A stretch of DNA of 41,370 nucleotides from positions 1-41,370 of the forward strand of contig WJMJ01000016.1 in the NCBI GenBank assembly GCA_014728035.1. Direction: 5' to 3'. Source of the stretch: Promethearchaeota archaeon. Lineage in GTDB: Archaea > Asgardarchaeota > Thorarchaeia > Thorarchaeales > Thorarchaeaceae. Shown piece by piece: positions 9,513-17,665 of this stretch (position 1 is the stretch's first letter; every line of letters starts with the position of its first letter). A program made the translations under genes and the position numbers. The notes below the pieces were generated by a model. The model was not told where the DNA came from, ran no database searches, and saw only the letters and a program-made list of their open reading frames with translations.

Positions 9513-10295
9513 ATGAGTGAAACTCAAAACAAAACAATGGTAATCTGCATAATCGCATTCATCGCCATCGGATCTCTCCTAGCTGGAGTTTTGGCATTCT
9601 ATGGTACTAGCAATTTCACGTGGAGTCCTTACTCACAATATGGAATAAACTGGAATCCCGCCGAGCTAACAGAGTTCCAATTTGAAGATGATACCAGCAC
9701 TATGAGTGATAGTACGACTCTCCGAGTAAACATCTCAGCAAGCATAGTGAATGTCAAATTTGAACATAGCAACGATTTACTCTATCGATTCGATATGCTT
9801 GTACCAAATCAGACCGTACAGGATTATGGAAATCCAGTTGTGGAATATGCATCCAACACGGTATCTCTAAACTATCCCGCAGCTGCGGTGAACATTACTC
9901 TAGGTAGTGGTACAAATTACACCATGGACATTGACATCATAACTGGAGCTGCAGAGCTCATCATAGCTGATTATTCCCATGTTGGTGATATTGATGTTGA
10001 TATTTCTGCTGGAGAATTGGACTTCTTGCTAAGTGATGATAGTTCAATCTTTGGTGATGTTGATGTGACCCTTACTGTTGATGCTGGGCAAGTATCAATC
10101 ACAGTAGACCTCCCAACCAATGTGGGTGGTGACTTTGAAGGGTCCACAGGCTTTGGTGCAGTAGATGTAACTACCACAACTTGGACGGAGATAACACCAA
10201 CACATTACAGGACTTCGAACTATGATACCGCACCAAATACACTGTCTATTTTAGCATCAACCAATGCTGGTGAAATAACAGCAAACTTACTATAG
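9513..10295 (+). CDS. Membrane-anchored DUF4097/toast-rack beta-strand repeat protein, paralog 2
   Basis: Same repeat pattern, and the C-terminus aligns with paralog 1 (GGDFEGST...WTEITPTHYRTSNYDTA vs GGSFEGST...WTEVTSTHYETSDYDTA). Start moved to ATG 9513 behind the GGAGTGA SD. Confidence 0.75.
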   Translation: MSETQNKTMVICIIAFIAIGSLLAGVLAFYGTSNFTWSPYSQYGINWNPAELTEFQFEDDTSTMSDSTTLRVNISASIVNVKFEHSNDLLYRFDMLVPNQTVQDYGNPVVEYASNTVSLNYPAAAVNITLGSGTNYTMDIDIITGAAELIIADYSHVGDIDVDISAGELDFLLSDDSSIFGDVDVTLTVDAGQVSITVDLPTNVGGDFEGSTGFGAVDVTTTTWTEITPTHYRTSNYDTAPNTLSILASTNAGEITANLL

Positions 10296-10327
10296 AGTGG
10301 GATATTCCCACTCCATCTCCTTTTTTT
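10295..10327 (+). terminator. Hairpin plus T-tract terminator
   Basis: GAGTGGGA-TAT-TCCCACTC (10295-10313) is followed by a pyrimidine tract with T7 at 10321-10327, directly after the last operon gene. Confidence 0.7.
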
Positions 10328-10412
10328 CTCGCAATCTTCTGCGGTCGTGGATAATCTCATAAAGCAATGGACAAACCGCAAATATAGCTCTTCTTTTAGG
10401 AGTGATTCAAAA

Positions 10413-13400
10413 ATGGGAAATAAGTATGCAGAAGGTAAAATACGTGATTTTGAATTGACTATGGAGGATGCTGCACGAGTCGCAGAATGTTTCAACTCAT
10501 TCGACGATTCAGATAGTTGGCCTGGTGGTTTCACTCATGGAAATCCATTTACAGCTGAGCGGATTTACGAATCAGCCAAAAAAAGTGATGACATGCGTAT
10601 ATTAGTAGCATATGTTGAGGATAAAATTGTTGGCTACTGTAATGTTTGTGAAGGATTTTATGACCCGGAATCTGCATATGTTGGTCTACTTGGAGTAAAT
10701 CCACACTATCAAGGTCAAGGATTCGGAAAAGCGCTTTTGATCGAGGCAGCTGAAACGGCTGCAAGAGCAGGAAAGAGAAGAATTGATCTTCATACGTGGG
10801 GAGGTAATCTCAAAGCTTTACCTCTCTACAAAAGAGTAGGATACAATTGGATGCCAGGTACAAGAGTACTGATGGAAGGTCACATTCCAGGTATTCTAAA
10901 TTTCCCACTATTCAAAGAGTTCTTCAACAGATACTATTGGTATGATGCTTTCAAGCGAGAGATTCGTCAAGAACCCGATGATCTTGTCCTTGAAGGAATT
11001 GGATTGTTCAAGTACAGATTCGAGGGAGATGACGGTGATTCTCTAACTGTTATGATTGATAGAGAAGCCAAAGGAATCTGCGGATTCGAACTCATTATGG
11101 ACAGCCAGACCATCTCTGCTCATTTGAAACCTACATCTCACACAGGATATATTGGAGGAGATGCGGTTCCTATTGAATTGGTGATAATCAACGAAACGGC
11201 AGAAAATATCCAATATTCAATAAATGTTACATCAACCAAAGAGCTAGTTGCAAATCTTACAGGTCAAAGTTCGGGTGTTATCCAACAAGGTAAAGAAACC
11301 AAGGTGAATGGCACATACAAAATCCCATTCGGTGTTGCTCCTCTTGATAAGGATGATGCAGCTGATGAAAAAGTCAAGAGTTGGGCGGAATGGAAACTAA
11401 CTATCAATGGAACGACTGTCAGTCTATTCGCGGGTCTAATTCCTACAGAAGCCATCAAAATTACATCAACGCCCGAATACCCCTCAATATTTCCAAGCAT
11501 GTCAACAGATCTTGCAATAGGCTTCGAGAATACTACAAAAGAGGATATCCAACTAGAGGTGGTGGTTACCGCTGAAAAAAGTTGTCGCCTAGATGAAACC
11601 ACATATTCTATTTCTTTATCGGCCCTAGAGAGTAAAGAGATTACGACTACAATCCATGATACTGGTCAATCTCGAAACTTCGTATCAGTAGTTATTTCTG
11701 TGTTCAAGAGTGATAGAAAGACACAGGGATTGATAGCTAGAAAGACATTGAAGATTCCAAAGAAGCAACAGGGAATAGCTTTTGCATACCATGCTATGGG
11801 AGAACATATTGTCTTGGAAAATGATCAAGTGCGATACCGATTCACAAACAAGATACCGTTGATTTGTCGATACATTGAACGAAAAACAGTAGGAGATTAT
11901 ATAGAAGGTTGGATGTTCGGTATATCACTAGGACTTCCCTTCCCTAGAGAGGGAGACGAATGGACTCGCAAAGACTTGGATATAGAAGTTTCAAATACGC
12001 CAGACTATGCTGAAATAACTGTCACAGGAGATTCTGATGATAAACCAGGGCTCAGATATACCCAAAGATACCGTCTTTATTCAAAGAAGAGTATCCTTGA
12101 GGTAAGTGCAACCTTGACTAATGTAGGAAAAGAGCCAATAGAGAAGTTAGGTCTCTCTTGTGGTGGTTGGATAGATTATCGTTCACAAATGATGACAGTA
12201 CCAGTACGCAGTGGTATATATCAATTGAAAGACCCCAGTTGGGGAGCTGGAGGTTTGCCAGATAAACCAGATTACTATTCTGAACAATGGTTTTCAATGT
12301 ATGACATGAGTGCAAATTCCACATTGGGATTTATGTGGGAAAAAGAGCATCTGGAGAAAATTTTCCTTTCTGGAAACGTACCCAGACCAGAATATATTCT
12401 TCCCATATTGCAACCAGGAGAAAGCAAAACATACTTGATTTTGAAAAGTACCACAAAATCCGGAGACTGGAGAACTATCAGGTCGATGTGGGCCAAAGAA
12501 AATAACATAGACCTAGAGGGAAAACCACCAACACCAATTATTGATCAGTTATCTGTAGAATTATCTAATCCTGATTCGCGGATTAGTTCAAAATCAGGCT
12601 CACCATTATTCGTTGATAGGGCCAAGCCCAATGATGTTCAACTTACAGTAAAGGTAATTCAGAAGGAACCAATAGTAGCAAAAATCAGAATCATTCCGCC
12701 AGATGGCATCCTAATTAATGGCAAAACAAACTACGAAATGAATTCAGAGATAAGTATAGAAAAACCGCTGAAGAAAGCACTTTCAATTACAGTAGAAGAC
12801 GGGGACTGGCTACGTGTTGAAGGAAAAATCGAATTCACATTTGCTGAACATATTGTACGAAGACAATTCTCTGTTATAGTATTTGACTCCAAACAGGAAG
12901 CCAAAAAGCAATCTGAAACAATTGAAAACCAACGACTCTTTACTCTTAGTACATCAGAGTGTTCCATAGGTGTTTCTCCAGACCACCGGGGAAGTCTGGT
13001 ACGTTATACAAACAAAGAAGGAGAAAGTGTTCTCTTAGACCGGTTTCCTGATTCGGGACCTTATGTCTGGTGGGATCGCTTTTTCAGTGGAGTAAGCCCG
13101 ATTTTATTTGATAAACGAGTATGGGATTGGGAAACAAAATTTAGCAAAGAAGAATGGGAAGCTGAATATCAAAAATATGAACCTTGGGCGGGATATGAAG
13201 TGAGTTCCATTTTAGAATACAGTGCAGGAATCAAGGGGTTCGAGATATCAGCTAGATACCTACTCTTGAAAGGAACCAATTTGGTACAAGCTAGACTCCA
13301 AGTAAAAAATACAATCAACATTACAAAGACAGTCAAAATGGGATTCAAAGCTTCACCTAAATTGGATCAATCTCATTTGTCAAATATCCACACAATTTTG

Positions 13401-13700
13401 TTAGGTACGCATCTTACTCATGAACCAGTATCTATGCGTACATCATTCAAGTCAGATGCTGAAGAGTCATGGGCTGCATTTGAAAATTCCATTACGGGTC
13501 AAGTTTTAGGTGTCATATCTACTGAGAAACAAAGGTCAAACCTATTTGTTGAAACGATTTCGGATGAGGCTCAATTGTTTAGATTTCTCGACTTGAAGAA
13601 AGTAAGACCAGGGGAAGAAAAGACGTTCATCTGTTATTTACTGATAACCGACTCCGTGGAAAAAGTCCAGCTTCTAAAGAATCTTCCAGATATCGTATAG
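10413..13700 (+). CDS. Large multidomain GNAT-family N-acetyltransferase with C-terminal Ig-like and beta-sandwich domains
   Basis: Acetyl-CoA motif VNPHYQGQGFGKALL and LHTWGGNLKALPLYKRVG. Start placed at ATG 10413 behind AGGAGTGA (the ORF track starts at 10347). Confidence 0.85.
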   Translation: MGNKYAEGKIRDFELTMEDAARVAECFNSFDDSDSWPGGFTHGNPFTAERIYESAKKSDDMRILVAYVEDKIVGYCNVCEGFYDPESAYVGLLGVNPHYQGQGFGKALLIEAAETAARAGKRRIDLHTWGGNLKALPLYKRVGYNWMPGTRVLMEGHIPGILNFPLFKEFFNRYYWYDAFKREIRQEPDDLVLEGIGLFKYRFEGDDGDSLTVMIDREAKGICGFELIMDSQTISAHLKPTSHTGYIGGDAVPIELVIINETAENIQYSINVTSTKELVANLTGQSSGVIQQGKETKVNGTYKIPFGVAPLDKDDAADEKVKSWAEWKLTINGTTVSLFAGLIPTEAIKITSTPEYPSIFPSMSTDLAIGFENTTKEDIQLEVVVTAEKSCRLDETTYSISLSALESKEITTTIHDTGQSRNFVSVVISVFKSDRKTQGLIARKTLKIPKKQQGIAFAYHAMGEHIVLENDQVRYRFTNKIPLICRYIERKTVGDYIEGWMFGISLGLPFPREGDEWTRKDLDIEVSNTPDYAEITVTGDSDDKPGLRYTQRYRLYSKKSILEVSATLTNVGKEPIEKLGLSCGGWIDYRSQMMTVPVRSGIYQLKDPSWGAGGLPDKPDYYSEQWFSMYDMSANSTLGFMWEKEHLEKIFLSGNVPRPEYILPILQPGESKTYLILKSTTKSGDWRTIRSMWAKENNIDLEGKPPTPIIDQLSVELSNPDSRISSKSGSPLFVDRAKPNDVQLTVKVIQKEPIVAKIRIIPPDGILINGKTNYEMNSEISIEKPLKKALSITVEDGDWLRVEGKIEFTFAEHIVRRQFSVIVFDSKQEAKKQSETIENQRLFTLSTSECSIGVSPDHRGSLVRYTNKEGESVLLDRFPDSGPYVWWDRFFSGVSPILFDKRVWDWETKFSKEEWEAEYQKYEPWAGYEVSSILEYSAGIKGFEISARYLLLKGTNLVQARLQVKNTINITKTVKMGFKASPKLDQSHLSNIHTILLGTHLTHEPVSMRTSFKSDAEESWAAFENSITGQVLGVISTEKQRSNLFVETISDEAQLFRFLDLKKVRPGEEKTFICYLLITDSVEKVQLLKNLPDIV

Positions 13701-13705
13701 AATAA

Positions 13706-14965
13706 TCAAGAAGACAATTGCTTGAGATGTATTTTGCACTCAATAAGTTTAGTAGAGTTTCCAGATTCTCGAAAGAGTTCTTCTGCAATTTGTAGCGTCC
13801 GAATAGCTTCGTCTATTCGGCCGAGCTTCTCTAAAACAAGCGCTCGAGGAAAGAGATATCCACCATTCGATGGTTCTAACGCCCAGGCCATATCATAATC
13901 AGACAGTGCTTCCTCAAATCGCCCCATTAAAACAAAAAGATTAGCACGTTGAAAAGAAATTTCAGGATCATGTGGATCAAGAGAATAAGCGCTATTGAAG
14001 TACTTGAGAGCTGTTTCCAGTTCGTTTTTTTGCAAATGTATTTGTGCAGATTTAAGCCATGCAATTACGCACTTCTTATCAAGTTCTATAGCTGCGTGGT
14101 AACAAACTTGTGCTTCATCTAGTTCATTCATTCTACGATGTGTATCCCCCTTTTTTATCCAAATCTCTATGTCATCATCAGAAACTCCTAATGCCTCCTG
14201 ATAATACGAAATGGCAGCTGATGGAACTCCTTTTCTAAGAAATAGATCACCAAGAGTCACCAGAGCTATTTTATGTGAAGGTCTAAGTCGTAGTGCTTGA
14301 TCGATGTAAACCTCGGCCTGTTCATCTTTTTTAAAAAATATGTAAAGATTGCCTAATTCAAGAAGTGCTTCAACATGATTTGGCTCTATCATCAATATTT
14401 CTTCTAATAGTTCCACACTCTGTTCTAAATGCATCTCTCGTTTCAGATAGAGAGATTTTACCAGCATAACTCGAATATTATCCGAATCAATCTCTAAAGC
14501 TCTATCGATTACTTCCTTTGTTTTAGTCAGCTCGCCTTTTTTCAGATATGCGCGAGCTAAATGCACAAGTGCATCCACATTATCAGAGCTTAATGAGATG
14601 CTTTTAGAAAAACACTGAATAGCACTATCGAAATCGTTGATCATTAAATAGCCAACGCCCATATTATTCCAAGCGTCAGACATACTACTATCAATACCAA
14701 GTGCGATATCATAGAGAATTAAAGCTCGGCCGAAATCCTTTTCCTTCAAATGGACGTTGCCAAGTTGAAATAGTAGTTTAGCAAGATCTTTGTTTTGCTC
14801 AAATGTTTCAAGAGTGACTTGTAGCTGCAACTCCAATTGATCCAGTTTCTGTCGATTGAATGCCTCAAATTCTTCATCCTTAATGTCATCAAGATGTAAA
14901 AAAAACGGTATCCTGATTTCAGCTAACTGATCAGATACAGCTCGTAGTAATTCACTCTTCTGCAA
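13706..14965 (-). CDS. Tetratricopeptide-repeat protein (about 10 TPRs)
   Basis: Repeated AW.N.G/AL..LG...A...Y..AL...P pattern with 34-aa period. GGGAGG SD before the TTG start. Confidence 0.9.
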   Translation of the reverse strand: MQKSELLRAVSDQLAEIRIPFFLHLDDIKDEEFEAFNRQKLDQLELQLQVTLETFEQNKDLAKLLFQLGNVHLKEKDFGRALILYDIALGIDSSMSDAWNNMGVGYLMINDFDSAIQCFSKSISLSSDNVDALVHLARAYLKKGELTKTKEVIDRALEIDSDNIRVMLVKSLYLKREMHLEQSVELLEEILMIEPNHVEALLELGNLYIFFKKDEQAEVYIDQALRLRPSHKIALVTLGDLFLRKGVPSAAISYYQEALGVSDDDIEIWIKKGDTHRRMNELDEAQVCYHAAIELDKKCVIAWLKSAQIHLQKNELETALKYFNSAYSLDPHDPEISFQRANLFVLMGRFEEALSDYDMAWALEPSNGGYLFPRALVLEKLGRIDEAIRTLQIAEELFRESGNSTKLIECKIHLKQLSS

Positions 14966-14988
14966 CTCGTAGCCTCCCTAAAATATTG

Positions 14989-15007
14989 AATTGATAATTT
15001 ATCAATT
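14989..15007. promoter_or_regulatory. Perfect 9-1-9 palindrome in a divergent promoter region
   Basis: AATTGATAA-T-TTATCAATT between the divergently transcribed TPR and GHKL genes. Confidence 0.4.
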
Positions 15008-15156
15008 TTACTAACAATTGTTCATGACTTGCTTTCTTCTGATTCATGCACCATATTATCAGAGCCAATTGGTCTGAAAAAACGAAACAGAATCATGCCA
15101 GTGGACTGTGCAAACCTGTAGGAATAACATTCCAATATCATAACCATTATTAACCA

Positions 15157-17193
15157 TTGTTAAATATCTTTCGTAGAGGCAACGATTTGGTTTCAGATAC
15201 AAAATATGAACAAGGAGAAGTACGCGGAACAGCAATGAACTGGTTGAACTTCTTGCAATCAGTTATTGACGGTTATGAACAACAGACATCAATAACACAT
15301 GGGGTGCAAAAAGATGGGATTCAAAATGGGTGGGACGCAAGAAAAAACAGTGATGGCGAAGGGTTCGAGTTTGAATTCAAACTAGTAAAAGGAAAAAAAC
15401 ATACATATCTTTCAATGAGAGACCGAGGTACAACAGGTCTCACTGGACGGGTTCTCAAAGAGTCTGAACTTCTTGAAACTCTACCTGAAGAAGAGAAATG
15501 GGGACGTTTTGAGAGTCTAGCATTTTCAAAACAGGCGGATAGTGAAAAGACCCCACTTGGTTCAAGAGGGAGAGGAAAATTCATTTTTGTTGGAGCTTCA
15601 AAGACAAAGACAATATATTATGACTCTTGTAGGCAAGATAATACATATCGTTTTGGTTGGAGAAAGGTTGTTCTCACTGAATCACCTATTACTGCATATG
15701 ACGAGGAGAAAGGCAGACAGAAATTAAAAGAGCTAACAGCTGATGCTTTTGAACCATTAGATGAAGTGGGATCCAGAGTGATTATTGAAGACCCAATTGA
15801 TGAGGTCATTGAGGCTATCAAAACACGAGAGTTAGACTTCATGATCGGTGAAACCTGGTGGGAGATCATTCGAGATTTCGGTATTCGAATAATCGTGAAT
15901 GAATACGGACAAGAACGAGTTGTAACACTGCCAGTAGAATTTTCGTTGCCAACAAGAGATATTTCAGATAAGAAGGTGTGGATAAGAAAATCAGTAGATG
16001 AAACATTTGGTGGAAGAGATACAACAATAGAGAAATTACATCTTGTCTGTGAACCTGGAAAAGAAGTGGACCCGCGAATAAGAGGAGTCGCAATTCAACG
16101 AGGTGGTATGAAAATAACCACTATCAAACCCGAGGTGCTTCCTGGAGACCTTGCCTACGCAATATATGGATATGTTACTTTGGATGATAGAGGAGATGCT
16201 GAACTAAGAAGAGCAGAGGGATTAGAGCACAATACTCTATCGTATCGATATCCATTCACACGAGAATTACGAGTCTGGCTTAGAGACCAGATGAAAGAGT
16301 TTGCAGTTGAGAAACTAGGATATGAAATTGACCCAGTTGGAGAAAAAATCGAGCTTCAACAAACATCTGAAAGACTTGCTCTCTCAGCAATCAATCGAAT
16401 ATCAAATAAACTAATGATAGGACAAGATGACATTGAAAGACATCATAAAAAAGTAAGACTGGAAGATAAACCGAAAAAGCAAGTAAGAGTGGAAATGCCA
16501 CTCCCAACCTATCCAGACTGGCCCTCCAGAATTGTTGACTATGAAGATGAATTAACTGATATAACTGCTACACTGGTTAATACCACAGACGAAAAGATTG
16601 ATGCAAAGTTCACTTTGACAATAGAAAATGAAGATGAAGAAATAATCGATATTCTGATAAATGATGAAGTGGTGCTCTGGAAGAACTCATCTTTGCGTAG
16701 ACGTAAAGCATTAGGCATAAGAATAGATGATGAGCGTTTTGCGAAACCTGATGTATATTATCTATGTGCAAGACTCTATACAGAAGATTCCTACAAAAAA
16801 TCCAAAAGGATAGATTCTGTTCGACATAGTTTCTATGTAAACTACAGTCCAACAGTAAAAGGAGTATTCGAGGGCTATGAACCGATTGCAGACCTGCCCA
16901 CAGAATATCAAGATATAATGGGAATGGAAAACAGAGGGCCTCACGGTGGCATTATTATATCATACAATATTGACCATCCGGCTTACAGAGATTTAGATGA
17001 CGACACAGATGCAATATCGGAATATTTGTTTAGGTTAGGTATGTTAACTCTTGCAAAATTAGACCTGTCTTCTGAAGAACCTCAATTTTTCGAGTCTGCA
17101 AACGAAGAAGATGTGGACCCATTAGAGGTTGTAGATCAGTATTCAGATGTTCTTGGGAAAATGTTAGCAATCTACCACAAGTCTAAGAGATAA
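15157..17193 (+). CDS. GHKL (Hsp90/MORC-like) ATPase-domain protein
   Basis: N-box DGIQNGWDA, G1 RDRGTTGL, G2 GSRGRGK, G3 GSRVII, and a C-terminal YNIDHP motif. The start is uncertain (15157, 15187 or 15235). Confidence 0.78.
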   Translation: MLNIFRRGNDLVSDTKYEQGEVRGTAMNWLNFLQSVIDGYEQQTSITHGVQKDGIQNGWDARKNSDGEGFEFEFKLVKGKKHTYLSMRDRGTTGLTGRVLKESELLETLPEEEKWGRFESLAFSKQADSEKTPLGSRGRGKFIFVGASKTKTIYYDSCRQDNTYRFGWRKVVLTESPITAYDEEKGRQKLKELTADAFEPLDEVGSRVIIEDPIDEVIEAIKTRELDFMIGETWWEIIRDFGIRIIVNEYGQERVVTLPVEFSLPTRDISDKKVWIRKSVDETFGGRDTTIEKLHLVCEPGKEVDPRIRGVAIQRGGMKITTIKPEVLPGDLAYAIYGYVTLDDRGDAELRRAEGLEHNTLSYRYPFTRELRVWLRDQMKEFAVEKLGYEIDPVGEKIELQQTSERLALSAINRISNKLMIGQDDIERHHKKVRLEDKPKKQVRVEMPLPTYPDWPSRIVDYEDELTDITATLVNTTDEKIDAKFTLTIENEDEEIIDILINDEVVLWKNSSLRRRKALGIRIDDERFAKPDVYYLCARLYTEDSYKKSKRIDSVRHSFYVNYSPTVKGVFEGYEPIADLPTEYQDIMGMENRGPHGGIIISYNIDHPAYRDLDDDTDAISEYLFRLGMLTLAKLDLSSEEPQFFESANEEDVDPLEVVDQYSDVLGKMLAIYHKSKR

Positions 17194-17289
17194 AAAATAA
17201 TACAAAACAACGTTCCGGAGAACCATCCGAACTGATATGAAATCAATTAGTCAATATACGGAGAGAGGAATAGGATGTGGAACGTATAG

Positions 17290-17608
17290 TGAAAACTTGG
17301 ACGAAGATGGATATATTCTTAGAATGCGAAATACGGTTGGCATCAGAGGTCGTATAAGGAACCTCAATGGCAATCAGATCTTACAACTCCATTAGAAAAA
17401 TAGTGTGCATAGAAATATCGGTCATTACTATACAAAAAAGGGTTGCAGTCAGCTACTGAAAACTTGGACATTATTGGACACGACCTGATAGGAGGTTATA
17501 TGGGATGATACACGATGAAGGTCTGGTCACCAGACACACATTCCCTGACCAGGACCGAGCCAGTTCCAGTACCGTTTCTGGACGGACAACGCTCGGGTGT
17601 CCAAGTTT
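17290..17608. repeat. Intergenic direct and inverted TTGGAC-core repeats
   Basis: TGAAAACTTGGAC occurs at 17290-17302 and 17457-17469, TTGGACAC at 17474-17481, and inverted GTGTCCAAGTTT at 17597-17608. Confidence 0.6.
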
Positions 17609-17616
17609 GCCCAACT

Positions 17617-17662
17617 AAAAATGAACGGTATGGTAAACAAGGCTGTAAAGCCCTGTTACCAT
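17617..17662 (-). terminator. Hairpin terminator of the 15-kb minus-strand operon
   Basis: Minus-strand RNA AUGGUAA-CAGGGC-UUUACA-GCCUUG-U-UUACCAU begins 3 nt after the stop codon and is followed by a U5 run. Confidence 0.65.
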
Positions 17663-17665
17663 GAT

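Noticed and set aside
14989-15007. Fur box
   Set aside because: The arms are TGATAA-N-TTATCA, one base shorter per arm than the 7-1-7 Fur consensus, and no iron-related genes are adjacent.
17500-17620. tRNA, SRP RNA, c-di-GMP riboswitch or self-cleaving ribozyme in the spacer
   Set aside because: No cloverleaf or T-loop, no SRP helix-8 motif, GGCAAAC lacks the rest of the riboswitch consensus, and no ribozyme core is recognisable. Kept only as an unexplained structured region.
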